Notes: generated by a model not told the origin, from the sequence alone. DNA of 64,000 nucleotides from Ranitomeya imitator (GCF_032444005.1 NC_091283.1:374852001-374916000), one strand, 5' to 3'. Positions 1 through 16,890 are shown, numbered from the stretch's first letter. Translations and numbers: made by a program.

Positions 1-170
1 TCTGCGCCGTTCATTATTGCCCCATAGCTGCCATATAGTGCTCTGCGCCGTTCATTATTGCCCCATAGCTGTGCCATAGAAAGCTGTGCCATTGCTGCTG
101 CTGCTGCAATAAAAAAAAAAAAGCCATACTCACCTCTCGCTGCCGCAGCTCCTCTGCCGGGGAACGCGAC
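1..170. mobile_element. Internal fragment of Tc2-like non-autonomous element (minisatellite plus adjacent arm), cut by the window edge
   Basis: Repeat ctctgcgccgttcattattgccccatag and aaaaagccatactcacctctc match the interiors of the elements at 20204 and 43254. Confidence 0.6.
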
Positions 171-174
171 AGGA

Positions 175-504
175 ATGTATGTAGTGTTTTTTTTTTTACT
201 TTTACATTGGTAACCAGGGTAAACATCGGGTTACTAAGCGCGGCCCTGCGCTTAGTAACCCGATGTTTACCCTGGTTACCAGTGAAGACATCGCTGAATC
301 GGCGTCACACACGCCGATTCAGCGATGTCAGCGGGAGATCCAGCGACGAAATAAAGTCCTGGACTTTCCCCAGCGACCAACGATCTCACAGCAGGGGCCT
401 GATCGTTGGTCACTGTCACACATAACGATTTCGTTAACGATATCATTGCTACGTCACAAAAAGCAACGATATCGTTAACGATATCGTTATGTGTGACGGT
501 ACCT
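175..504. mobile_element. Partial Harbinger/PIF-like MITE of the AGGTACC family (left boundary approximate)
   Basis: Ends gtgtgacggtacct followed by TTA (505-507); reverse complement of the start of the 11602 copy. Confidence 0.75.
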
Positions 505-507
505 TTA

Positions 508-1010
508 GCATTGAGTATACAGAGGTGTGTATGACAAATCACACCCTCACCCATACAAAGAGTTTCAAAAGCGGAAAGAGTTTGTGGGTATTGAGCGTAG
601 TTTGGAAGGGAGTGAACAAATTGAGTTGTAGAGAATGTCATGTGTCCAGTGGTAAGGAGTCAATAATAGCTTGAAGTGCCTCTAACGAAGGCCAATCATT
701 ACCTACACCAATCTGTAAGGCCATAAATTTTCCTCGAGAGATGCAAAGTCTGAAAACAGGGTCTGCCAGGCCAGGGGATAATTTGATAATAAGGAGTCGA
801 TAATAAGGAGATGGAATGGGAAGGAGGAGTTTGCATACCTCTGGTTTGGAGCAGCAACAGAGTGTAGTACTTTGTAGGATGATATTTGAACGAAGTTTGG
901 GAAATGGAAGGTAACCAGGGGACAGCAGCTATAGTGGCCCCTGAAAAGCTTTGTTCTATTTGTACCCAAGGCTTCACCAAAGTGTGCCTGCACCAATTTA
1001 TAACTCTAGA
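508..1010 (-). pseudogene. Decayed L1-like ORF2 C-terminal fragment (approximate limits)
   Basis: Broken minus-strand frames read LSPGLADPVFRL and LSAFETLCMGEG, resembling amphibian L1 ORF2 C-termini; recognition from memory only. Confidence 0.4.
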
Positions 1011-1242
1011 CAGATGAGCAGACCGCTAGCAGAACACACAGGGGTCAGGTTGGTTCCAGCACAACAACTTCTCTGGAGTGTTCCTCTCCACTGAACAACT
1101 ATTGCCTCTGGAGGCCAGCTACTTAAGCCTCAGACCACACTCTGGGGTGAAGATAAGGTGGACATCCTCCCACCCGCTCTATGGATGTCCATATAAAACT
1201 CAGCCCATAATACAAATTAACTGTAGTCCCTCACCACACTTA

Positions 1243-1638
1243 GGGTATGTGTCTACGTTCATTATTACATCCGGATTAGCTGCGGACTGAACGCTGCGTA
1301 CAGCCGCAGCGTTCAACCCGCAGCATCCAGATGTTATAGCATAGTGGAGGGAATTTTATGAAATACTGTCTCCACTATGTGTGCGAACACGCATCCGGCG
1401 GCCCTGCGTTTACGGACATGCGGTGCGTCTTTTTAGAACGCATCATGTCTGTTTACCTTGCGGCGATACTCCGTTGCCGCAAGTAAATCACAGGGCCCTA
1501 TGTATAGGGTGCGGAGATTCTGGATGTGTTCACTGAACACATCCGGAATCACCGTGCGTACAGAAGGGGGCGGCTCTTTGGGCGGAGTTTTTCGGGTCCG
1601 TCCAAAGCGCCGTCACTACGGACCGGGGACACATACCC
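1243..1638. mobile_element. Harbinger/PIF-like MITE
   Basis: TIR GGGTATGTGTC...GACACATACCC with TTA on both sides (1240-1242, 1639-1641). Confidence 0.85.
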
Positions 1639-1699
1639 TTAGTGTGCTGAAGGAAAATCTCTGGGTATTATATCACTGATGCCATTAGGCGCAGTGAAA

Positions 1700-2050
1700 C
1701 ACATCTCCCCTTCAGCACTTTACCAGTGACTTTGTCACAGTGTTCTCATCCAGATGCTGCTCGCCTTACTGCACCGCAGTGTCACTTCTCTTTTCCTGCT
1801 CAGCGCCTCATGTGCAAAGTACTCACTAGGTGGAATTCCACTTTCCATACGCTGAGAGACTGTGCTAGAAGCAGCAGACGACAGTGGAATTTCATCTTCA
1901 GCGTGCATGAGTGAGTCGCACTGCAGAACACCACTTCACGACCAATGAGTGGGCCTCCATGCGGGACGTGTGTGCCGTGTTGCACTGCTTCAAGTACTCC
2001 ACACACGACCAGTGTTACTATTCCACTTCTATGCTTCCTTGAATAAACAC
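1700..2050 (+). pseudogene. hAT transposase remnant (approximate limits)
   Basis: ORF 1726-1914 contains LMCKVLTRWNSTFHTL, the conserved hAT TRWNST motif. Confidence 0.6.
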
Positions 2051-2599
2051 TTCAGGCGATGTTGGACGAGGTGGTGGCACAGCTACCATTCAAACTATTA
2101 GCAGGCCAGTCGTCCACACATGGCTCGGAGTTTGGTTTCCTATACTAATAGCAGCCAAGTACTTAACTGTCCAGCCAGGGGACATTTTTTTGAGGATGAG
2201 GAGAAGGAACCATGGTCACAGAGTGGTGGAACTCACAGCACCTTATGGGCATCACTGGAGTGTGGCTGGGAGGGGATACGTGTACCTTTGGCTGAATAAA
2301 AAAAGAATACCAGCCGCACCCACCCATTGCTAGACTCCACCTTAGTTTGTTCATTCTATTTTCCATTTACAATGTTTTGGGGCATCCCCAAATTAAAATA
2401 AAACCAAAAGTGTAAAAAATCAAAACCGGCTGTTTTCGGAGTACCTCAACAAGGCTGTTTTGCTGAGTAACCCCACAGAGGCTGTTTTGCAGATTAAACT
2501 TAAAGAAACTTTTTTGCAAAGTAACCCCACAGAGGCTTTTTTCATAGTACTCAAACAGAGACGCGTGCAGAGTACACACGCAGGCTCTTTGGCACAGTA

Positions 2600-3365
2600 C
2601 ACTCAAAGACAGGTGCAAAGTAGAAACATTTTTCTATGCACATTGCTCCCACAGACATGGGTGCAGATTATTAAAAAAAAATGTAAGCACACTACTCCAA
2701 AAGACATAGGTGCACAATAGAAAAATTAGTTTTTACGCACACTACTGCCACAGACACGAATGCAGTTAAAAAAAATGGTTAGGCACACTCAGAACACAGG
2801 TGCAGAGTAGAACAAACTGGTTAGGCACAATACTCAAACAAAAATGGGTTCAGGGTAGAGTTGAGCGAATTTGTTTGGATTTGGTCGCCGAATGTGAATT
2901 GGCCATATTCGTACCATATTGGTACCCTATTGGTGCCAAATGAATATTTGATGATCGGTTCCGCATATATTCGGTAAATTCTACTCCCATTGACTCTAAT
3001 GACGTTTGGCTGTGATCGACGAATATTGCATTACTCGATGCCGGTCATATTCAGAACCAAATCCGTGCAAATTCGCTCAACTCCAGTACAGAGTAGAGCA
3101 ATTTGTTTTTACACACACTACAGCCACAGACCAGGCGCAGAGTATAAAAAAATTAGTAACACAGATTAATTTCACAGACACAGGTGCAAAGCAGAAAAAA
3201 TTGGTAAGGGGAACTACTCCCACAGACATAGCTGCAGAGTAGAGCAATTTGTTTAGAAGCACACTACACTCATAGACATGGGTGTAGAGTATTAAAAAAA
3301 TTGGTTAGGCACTGTACTCCCATAGACAGAGGAGTAGGGTATAAAAAATTGGTTAGGCACACTTC
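2600..3365. repeat. Degenerate tandem repeat of about 55-60 bp (cacactactcccacagacataggtgcag...)
   Basis: Recurring cacactact/cacagaca/ggtgcag/ttggttagg blocks. Confidence 0.6.
2856..3085. mobile_element. hAT-like MITE
   Basis: TAGAGTTGAGCGAA...TTCGCTCAACTCCA; 8-bp flanks gttcaggg/gtacagag (6 of 8 match). Confidence 0.7.
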
Positions 3366-3686
3366 TCAAATACTACATAACTTTTAATAAACTTGATAAA
3401 ATTAAAACCTAACCGGTCCTCCATATTTTATAACAGTCTGACCATCACCAACAAATGTTAGGTAATGGACAATAATAAAGTCTGATGTATAATAAAAACC
3501 TAAAAATCAGGTATTCATTTCTTACAGGTAACTTCAGCCAATACTTCAAAGCTGAGTCCCAAGGGTCAGAAAGTACCTCTATGCTAACTGCACTTAGCTC
3601 ACAAGCAATTGGAATATTTCTGTTATTGTAATTTTTGTCCTTCACAATGACCAGATCTATACCATGATTAAATCCCAAATCAAATA

Positions 3687-6109
<2,423 letters not shown>

Positions 6110-7343
6110 TATATGACCAAGGGATAAATCACCATAATTGCACTCTGCCCTTAAATAGTTAACCCTCAGAGTGTGTAACCTCAATTTTATGAATAGAGGA
6201 GAGGATTGCGTATTACTACATATTCTATTTATCCCTCCTCTTAACCTGACTGGTGTTGTTAATTTATAGACTGCTCATTTATAAGTCAGATATATATCTT
6301 GGTACCGTGTTAGCCAGTAGATAGAAAAATATTTAGAATTGAGAGTCTTCATTCCTCAACCACTGAGGACTCTCAATTCTAAATATTTTTCTATTCATTT
6401 ATAAGTCCAATCAGACAAAAAAATAAGGGAGGAAAAAGGAGTGGGAGGGCATTTTTAAATTCCTTTCAACCTCCCACCCAATACACTCATTCACCCCTAG
6501 CTTAGCAAGCACACTTAACCCCTTGCTGGGGATTAAACCATTTCAATCAAAAGCGCTGGGCTATAATACTCAAGCCCCTAACATCTTCCCTATCGCCTCC
6601 TTTATCCCTTTTCAAGGGATTAGATTATTATGAGTTGTAAGCACTGGGCTATGATACTAAAGCCCCCCACATCTGCGCTCTCAGCTCCTGCTCTTGCCTC
6701 AACACCCTGTGCAATATTTATGGGCTCCGAGGCTATTTAATGTTTTCTGAGATACATGTGCATGATACAGCTGCACTGGAGCATACAACTCCTGGCCACG
6801 ATAAGCGCTGTTATTGAGACCGGAAACGTCTAGATAGAATGTGGCCAGAAATATACAAATCACATAAAAGTAAGCAGTGCTTGCGCTGTGAGAGTTCAGA
6901 AGCCTGCAGCCACCTATAGTGACTGAAGACTTTCATCTCCAACATGGATGCACCCTTTAATTATAAAATGAAGCCCTGCAGCCAATCCTAACAGCGTCTA
7001 TTATCCTCACTTTCAGGATTCAGCTCTGCTTGCTGGTTCTAGCAGTCATCACATGGCCTCTTCACTCATGCAATTTTCATATTTACGTTCATGTGACAAC
7101 GAGCTTCTCTGTTTTTCACTGAACACTGAATTAGGAAGAGCAGCTAGTTGGCACGAGACTAAGTGTACACTTCCCGTATGTGCTTGAGGGTAAGGTGGGG
7201 GTGCCAAACTGAGGTGTTGCCCTGGGTGCCAGAAAACCTACATAGACCTCTGCCTGTTGCCATTAACACATCCCAATATATCGCAATGACAGCTGGGGCC
7301 TAACAATGGGGGTCATTAAGAATATTAAGTAAAGAAAAGTTAA

Positions 7344-7959
7344 AGGGAATCTGTCACCTCAATTTTCGCCTATAAGATGCGGCCACCGGCATCAGGGGCC
7401 TCCCTACAGCATTCTGTAAAACTGTAGATAAGCCCCGATGTATCCTGAAAGATGAGAAAAAGAGGTTAGATTATACTCACCCAGGGGCGGTCCCGGTTTG
7501 GTCCGGTCCAATGGGCGTCGCGATCCAGGTCCGGCGCCTCCCATCTTCATACGATGATGTCCTTTTCTTTGCTCCCTGCCACGGCTCCTGCGCAGGCGTA
7601 CTTTATCTGCCCTGTTAAGGGCAGAGCAAAGTACTGCAGTGCGCAGGGAAAGGTCAGAGAGGCCCAGCGCCTGCGCACTGCAGTATTTTGCTCTGTCCTC
7701 AACAGGGCAGATAAAGTACGCCGGAGCCATGGCAGGAAGCAAAGAAGAGGACGTGATCGTATGAAGATGGGAGACGCGGATCACGACACCCATCGGACCG
7801 GACCAAACCAGGAACGCCCCTGGGTGAGTATAATATAACCTGTTTTTCTTATCTTGCAGGTAACATCGGGGGCTTATCTACAGCATTACAGAATGTTGAG
7901 GATACGCCCCTGCTGACTGTGGCCGCATCTTAGGCGAAAATTGGGGTGACAGATTCCCT
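7344..7959. mobile_element. Kolobok/T2-type MITE
   Basis: TTAA-AGGGAATCTGTCACC...GGTGACAGATTCCCT-TTAA. Confidence 0.88.
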
Positions 7960-8305
7960 TTAAAATACAGTGACATTGTGTAAAAAAACTAAAAAGTTCT
8001 ATTTCTGGGATAATCTGTCCCCAGAATGTCTCCATTACAATGTACAGCTCACACCGCAGATATGAGCCCCTCATACATCTATAGCACCGGCCCGGGGGCC
8101 ACATCTCCAGACTTGGGAAACTGATCCAGGAGGTCGGTGCTGTGTCCTGGCATCATCTGTATCAGGAATGGGGAGAAGGGGGCATTTATTTATGTATCTA
8201 TCAGAGGGGAGAAAGCGTTATAGCTCTTAGTAATGGGGAATCTCCAGCACCTACCTCCACCTGCAGAGCCGCACACCACACATATGGTGAGTAAAGGACC
8301 TTTGC

Positions 8306-8336
8306 TGACGTCATGCCCATGTGACGGGGGCGGGGC
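8306..8336. promoter_or_regulatory. Candidate promoter motif cluster: CRE, E-box, GC box
   Basis: TGACGTCA 8306-8313, CATGTGAC 8318-8325, GGGGCGGGGC 8327-8336 within 31 bp, outside recognised TE termini. Confidence 0.3.
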
Positions 8337-8813
8337 CTCCCAGTACAGACCGATACCAGGAAGCTGTGGTGCTGAGGACACTGAGGAGTCTGGGGGCAGA
8401 TGAGGGATGTTCGTGTGTGGGGGCTGCACAGGGAACGGGGGATTGTGTGTGTGGGGAAGGAGCACGAGCTGGTACTTTCTTGTGGCTGCATGTGGGGGGT
8501 GCAGGGAAGTGTAGTGTTACTTGCATGTGGCTGTATGCTCAGGGTCTGTGTGGGGAAGGAGGGTCTGCGTGCTGGGGGTCTCCCTAGGGAAGGAGAGGGT
8601 GTCGTTATTCACGAGTGCTGGGTGGGGAATGAGGAGTACTGTTACGTGTAGCTGTTTGCTGGGGGTCTACCTTGGGAAGGAAGGGGTGCTGTTATTTCCA
8701 TGGGGCTGCATGCTGAGGGTCTGTGTGGGGAACGAGGGGATGCTGTTACTTGCTTGGGGAAGGAGGGGGTGTTATTTCTCGCTTGGACTTTGTATCCCCT
8801 GCAGAACCGGTTA

Positions 8814-9937
8814 TCTATAATATAACGCTGGGATCGTCACTCTGTCCGAAGCCTTTATAGACTGCGCAGGCGCAAGCGCCGGCGCAGTCTGGCCCCCACA
8901 GAGTGACGCTCCCAGGAGATCGCGGTATGCGTAAGCACTGAACGCATACCGCGATCTCCACCGGAGAGTCAGGGACCGTGGACGCGCCAGGAGGGAGGGC
9001 AAGTATATTCACCTGTCCTCCGTTCCAGCGCTGCGTGCGGCTCCGTCTCCTCTGCTGTGACAGAGTCCAGTCACAGGCAGAGGAGCCGGAGCGTGTGTTC
9101 AAGAAAATGGCGCCGGAAAGCGCGGACTGCGCAGGCGCCGATTCCTGCTGCCGGAATCGGCGCCTGCGCAGTCCGCGCTTTCCGGCGCCATTTTCTTGAA
9201 GACACACTCCGGCTCCACTGCAGGTGTGTCTTCAAGAAAATGGCGCCGGAGAGCGCAGACTGTGCAGGCGCCGATTCCTGCTGCCGGAATCGGCGCCTGC
9301 GCAGTCCGCGCTTTCCGGCGCCATTTTCTTGAACACACCTGCAGTGGAGCCGGACGATAGGTGAGTATGGTATTTTTTTTTTTTTTATATGGCAGCAGCA
9401 TACGGGGGCATATAATACAATAGTGGCGCAGGATGGGAGCAGCACATGACAGAACGGGCGCAGGATGGCAGCAGCACATGACATAACGGGTGCAGGATGG
9501 GAGCAGCACATGACAGAACGGGCGCAGGATGGCAGCAGCGCATGACAGAACGGGCGCAGGATGGCAGCAGCGCATGACAGAACGGGCGCAGGATGGCAGC
9601 AGCGCATGACAGAACGGGCGCAGGATGGCAGCAGCACATGAAAGAACGGGCGCAGGATGGGAGCAGCGCATGACAACGGGAGCAGGATGGCAGCAGCGCA
9701 TGACAGAACGGGCGCAGGATGGCAGCAGCGCATGACATAACGGGCGCAGGATGGCAGCAGGATGGGAGCAGCACATGACAGAACGGGCGCAGGATGGCAG
9801 CAGCGCATGACAGAACGGGGGCGCAGGATGGGAGCAGCACATGACAAAACGGGCGCAGGATGGCAGCAGCACATGATGGAGACCATATACCAATATAAAT
9901 GCTCGCCACCCGGGCGTAGAACGGGTTCAATAGCTAG
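8814..9937 (+). mobile_element. Helitron-like non-autonomous element
   Basis: A|TCTATAATATAAC start; ACCCG...CGGGT hairpin then CTAG|T end; no TSD. Confidence 0.75.
9425..9875. repeat. 31-bp minisatellite (gcaggatggcagcagcgcatgacagaacggg) inside the Helitron-like element
   Basis: More than 10 near-identical tandem units; explains the Cys-rich ORFs 9071-9930. Confidence 0.9.
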
Positions 9938-10139
9938 TTTTATATAATTGTATATGCGAGGCTGAAGTTGGATTCTTATTCATCAGTTTCTTATTTGGCA
10001 ATTTTTTTCTTTTCTGTTTTTTATAGGTTTAACAACAAAAAAATAATCAAAATAATAACATACAATGCAGCGAGGAGCCCTGATGTGAATAAACACTTAA
10101 AAACAGCTACAAAAACAATAAAACTGGCACAAAAAATGG

Positions 10140-10700
10140 GCATCAAAGGGTTAAATGCCTTTGGGCCACTGATATCACACTGCAGACATATAGAACAGGG
10201 CGCCCCGCATCAAACACAGATCCCTTCAGCCTGGCCCAAATGGGTTCTGGGCATCAAAGTGGGCAAACAGACAATTTTCACACATTTGAATTAAGTAACT
10301 GATGTTTTTATGGGGTTAAATGACTTTGAGCTATTGATATCACACCACCACTACATACATAGTGATATCATCAAACCCAGGTGACTTTACCCTGGCCCAA
10401 ACGGGTTCTGGCCATCAGAATTGGCATCAAATTGGACCGAAAAATCAATCTTCACAGATTTGAATAAGTAAATGGTGATTTTAAGGGGTTAAATGACTTT
10501 TGGCCACTGATCTGATGCCATTATTACATGCATATTGATGCCCTGCTTGAAATTCAGGTCACTCCAGCCTTTCCCAAATGGGTTCTGGGCATGAGAACTG
10601 GCATCACAGTTGGCAATCAATTTTGATGATTTGATTAAGTAACTGATGTTTTTAAGGGGTTAGATGACCTTGGACCACTGATCTCACACCACCCTTACAT
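10140..10700. repeat. Degenerate tandem repeat of about 172-175 bp; inverted homologue at 19512-20080
   Basis: aagtaactgatg-type anchor recurs at about 172-bp spacing; reverse complement aligns to 19512-19960 at roughly 90 percent by eye. Confidence 0.7.
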
Positions 10701-11105
10701 CCCCCATAATGGCTGTGTGGTCCGCCACCATTGACATTATGCCATTTCTAGTAGGGTTAAAATGTCAGCAATTTTTAAATATTTTCAAGGAAATTTACAA
10801 AACCTACTTTTTACAGACATAGAAATTTGAAGGGTCTTTGAGGGGCTGATATATTTGGAAACCTGTAGAATGATACCCTGAGGAGAAACAGGGTTAGTGG
10901 GTGCTCTCATCCGCTGGCCCGGCTTCCTTTAGCAAGACTGCATGGACCAGGGCTCATTCCACTGAACGCACGCTCTATCTCCAGGTGGGCAATACAGTGT
11001 AAAGGGTAAAACAGTGTGGCAATACTTTATTGAACCACAACACCCAATAGTAAACAGAACAATCCCAGCAATTACCCCAAGATGGTGCACATTACAGGAT
11101 CTCAC

Positions 11106-11432
11106 TAGTGATGAGTGAATATACTCGTTACTCGAGATTTCTCGAGCACGCTCGGGGGTCCTCCGAATATTTTTTAGTGCTCGGAGATTTAGTTTTTCTT
11201 GCCGCAGCTGAATGATTTACATCAGTTAGCCAGCATAAGTACATGTGGGGGTAAGTACCTGTGGGGGTTGCCTGGTTGCTAGGGAATCCCCACATGTAAT
11301 TATGCTGGCTAACAGATATAAATCATTCAGCTGCGGCAAGAAAAATTAAATCTTCGAGCACTAAAAAATACTCGGAGGACCCCCAAGCATGCTCGAGAAA
11401 TCTCAAGTAACGAGTATATTCGCTCATCACTA
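11106..11432. mobile_element. hAT-like palindromic MITE
   Basis: TAGTGATGAGTGAA...TTCGCTCATCACTA with perfect 8-bp TSD GATCTCAC (11098-11105, 11433-11440). Confidence 0.92.
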
Positions 11433-11601
11433 GATCTCACCCTTTTGCTGACTCGCCAGGATAATGGTAGATGTTATGTCAGATTTCCCAGGGTCGCTAC
11501 TCCAACTGTGATACACACACACAGAGAGGAGGTAATGACAAGGGTAGGGCGATAACCGAGAGCAGTCCTGTGTTCTTTCAGCCAGGTCCGATGTACCCTT
11601 A

Positions 11602-12327
11602 AGGTACCTTCACACATAACGATATTGTTAACGATATCGTTGCTATTTGTGACGTAGCAACGATATCGTTAATGAAATCGTTATGTGTGACAGCGACCAA
11701 CGATCAGGCCCCTGCTGGGAGATCGTTGGTCGCTGAATAAAGTCCAGAACTTTATTTCGTCGCTGGACTCCCTGGAGACATCGCTGGATCGGCGTGTGTG
11801 ACACCGATCCAGCGATGTCTTCACTGGTAACCAGGGTAAACATCGGGTAACTAAGCGCAGGGCCGCGCTTAGTAACCCGATGTTTACCCTGGTTACCATG
11901 CTAAAAGTAAAAAAAAACAAACACTACATACTTACCTACCGCTGCCTGTCCTCCAGCGCTGTGCTCTGTTCTCCTCCTGTACTGGCTGTGAGCCGGAAAG
12001 CAGAGCGGTGACGTCACCGCTCTGCTTTCCGGCTCCCAGACAGTACAAGAGGAGAGCAGAGAAGCAGAGCGCAGCGCTGGAGGACAGACGGCTGTAGGTA
12101 AGTATGTAGTGTTTGTTTTTTTTTACTTTTAGCATGGTAACCAGGGTAAACATCGGGTTACTAAGCGCGGCCCTGCGCTTAGTTACCCGATGTTTACCCT
12201 GGTTACCGGCATCGTTGGTCGCTGGAGAGCGGTCTGTGTGACAGCTCTCCAGCGACCAAACAGCGACGCTGCAGCGATCCGGATCGTTGTCGGTATCGCT
12301 GCAGCGTCGCTAAATGTGAAGGGGCCT
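11602..12327. mobile_element. Harbinger/PIF-like MITE, AGGTACC family
   Basis: AGGTACCTTCACA...TGTGAAGGGGCCT with TTA TSD; 726 bp, same length as the 27122 copy. Confidence 0.9.
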
Positions 12328-12824
12328 TTAGCTGAGATCCTGAAGAGTGACACCAACCAGAAGAAAAGAGGTCTCTTTTATAACTGAGGCCTGTAAGCTA
12401 TTTTTTAGATTTAGCCAGTGTCCTTCAGTCCCCCTCACAGCCTTTCCCTATCTACCTTCGAAGTCAACAAACTGGTTATAGAATATAATACACAATTAGC
12501 ATATCAGCACACAATAAGCAAAGATTAACACGCACTATTTACAAGTCACTATTACAGACTTGCACAGTATGTTAACTGGTATATCAGTTTGCAAGGCTGT
12601 CTCCTTGACCCACCAGACATAAACACTTAAATCCACAAGCCAATATACAGGTAAAAAGTCAATTCTTCTTGGTTCGCAAAAACATGGTTGTCTGTGAAAT
12701 TAAGATACAATCTGATTTCTCCACATTGCTTCCCAATCTTAATTAACCAGACGTGATAGGCTTCCAGTCATTCTTCTCTACTTGTCAGGACAGTCCATCT
12801 GCATTTTCATGATCTTTGCACTTT

Positions 12825-13145
12825 TTATGGGAGGCAAAAAAAATTATAGGACTGTAAGGCCAGACTCCATCTGTGTAAACGTCCGTCGTCCCCAGCAGTC
12901 TGATTTAGCCAACTTAAAGGACTATGGTCAGTTATGACTGTGAATTCTTTGCTGTAGAGGTAGGGCTGCAATATCTTTAAGGCCCAGATTATGGGCAAGC
13001 ATTGTTTTTCTATTGTGGTGTATGCTTTCTCCCGGTCCAACAGTTTCCGGAAAACGTAAACTACCGGGTGTTCCTGACCAACGTCCCCCACTTGACTGAG
13101 TATGGCTCCCAATCTGGTGTCCGATGCTTTTGGACATTGAACCAA
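12825..13145 (-). pseudogene. Gypsy RNase H fragment
   Basis: ASDTRLGAILSQ, AYTTIEKQCLPIIWAL, TVITDHSPLSWL. Confidence 0.9.
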
Positions 13146-13839
13146 CGGCGGAAGTCAGGAGCAGTCAGGACTGGGCTTTGGGCTAGCTGGGTTTTCAACT
13201 AGAGGAATGCAGACTCGCACTCTGGGGTCCAGATGAGATTGCGGGCATATCGTTTGGTAGTAAGGGGCTTTGCTACTGTACTGTAACTGGGGATAAACTT
13301 TCAATAATAGTAGCCCCTGGAAAGGGGTGTACCTGTTTTTGGTTGGCTGGGGGGGGCGAGACCACTATGTAATGGCTTCTACTTTTGCAGGTTTGGGACG
13401 AATGCACCCACTTCGTACCTGATGTCCAATGTATAGTACCTCAGCCATCCCCATTTGGCACTTGTCAGGTCACATGGTAAGCTGGGCTTTTTCTACCCTC
13501 TGCAGCACCTGTAACATGCTCTTCCCTGGTATCGCTGAAGATAGCAATATCATCCAGTTAGGCCTGGGCATACCCCTGACATCCCTCTAGTAACTGGTCC
13601 ACCATACTTTGGAAGGTAGCCGGGGCATTCTTTATCCCAAAGGGCGTGCTGGTAAATTCATAAAGGCTAAAAGGGGTGATCAATGCAGACTTCTCTTGAG
13701 CCTCTTTTGTGAGTGGGATCTGCCAGTATCTCTTGCTCAAATCAATAGTAGATGTAACCCAAGATCTGCCTAATCGAATAGTTCATCCACCTGAGGCATG
13801 GAGTACGCGTCAGTAACGGTGACCTCATTGAGTCGCCTA

Positions 13840-15470
<1,631 letters not shown>

Positions 15471-15896
15471 TATAGTCCACACAGAAGCGAGTACTCTTGT
15501 CTTTCTTGGGCACCAACACTACACTGGCTGCCCATGGGCAGGAACTATGACCCCCCCATATTCAACATGTTATCCACTTCAGCCTTCATCATTGCTAACA
15601 CTGTAGGTGTCACCCGGTAGGCCCGTTGTCTGAGTGGAGTGGTTACTCCTGTGTTGACATGATGCTGGGCCAAAGGGGTTCGACCAGGCTGACTCGTGAA
15701 TAGGGAGCCATATGTTCCAAGCAGTTCTGTTAATTGTTGCTTCTGTGATGGACCAAGCCGCTCCCCCACGGGACATCCGCTACCCCAATTCCTCTTTTGG
15801 ATTCCACCAATAAGTCCGGGATCTGGTCCATGTCTGGGTCATCTAAAGGAGGACCACAAACTGCTTGGTTGGTAACTTCCCTTTCCTCATAAGCTT

Positions 15897-16890
15897 TTAG
15901 CCTGTTAACATGATAGGTCCATTCACAAACACCCGCTCGATCCAAAGCCACAGTGTAGTCAGTCTCCCTGCATTTCCTGGTGATGGTGAATGGTCCTGCC
16001 ACATGGCTTGCAGCTTGATTTTGCATACTAGTTTTAGAACCTTCTGTCCACAGTTAAATTCTGGCAATCTGGCAGTACGGTTGTAACACCGTTGTTGCCT
16101 TTCCTGTGCTATTTCTAAATTCCAATGGGCTAAGGCCATGAGGTACCTCATCTTCTCCCTAAACTTTTGGACATACTCCAGAATGGAAACCTCTTCTGTA
16201 GGAAAAGTGCCCTCCCAACTCTCTCTTACTAACTCTAACGGCCCTCGTACTTTTCGGCCATACAGCAATTCAAAAGGAGAGAACCCAGTAAAATCCTGCG
16301 GCACCTCCTGGTAGGCGAACAGGAGCTGCTGCAGGTTATTCTCCCAGTCCCCCCCCCTCGGACTCCACATACTGACTAATGAGCTGCTTGAGCGTTCCAT
16401 TGAAACATTCACACAGCCCATTAGTTTCAGGGTGGTACACATGGGGCGGACACCATATTTCTCCCAGAGGGTCTGAATCAGCTCACTTTGGAACTGGGTC
16501 CCCTGGTCGGTCAATATTCTGTGGAAACACTACTCGACTGAAAATGTCCAGTAGAGCTCGAGCCACGTGTTCTGCATCTATGGATGACAGGGCAATGGCT
16601 TCTGTATAGCGGGTGGCAAAGTCAACCAGGGTGAGGATGAACCTCTTTCCCCTTTGGTTGAGGATAGCTAAAGGACCCACTAAGTCGATGGCAACCCTTT
16701 GGAAGGGTTCACCTATGAAGGGATTGGAGTGGGGCATGACAGGGTGCTGCCCCCATCCGTTGACAATCCGAACAAGAGGCTTGGTATTTCCACACCTCTT
16801 GGGTGACCTTTGGCCAAAAGAAACTACGCAATAGTTGAGCCCAGGTCTTTCTCACCCCATGTGCCCAGCTGCAGGAACGTCATGTGCCAA
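15897..16890 (-). pseudogene. Gypsy integrase remnant
   Basis: H-x6-H zinc motif near 16870; AIDLVGPL, TDQGTQF, GFSPFELLYGR across frameshifted ORFs. Confidence 0.9.

Noticed and set aside
263-478. Recurring MFTLVT ORFs (also near 11643, 27119, 44803, 45415)
   Set aside because: Chance frames in copies of one palindromic MITE family.
9071-9930. Long Cys-rich ORFs (181-271 aa)
   Set aside because: They are translations of a stop-free 31-bp minisatellite and palindromes in a Helitron-like element; no protein signature.
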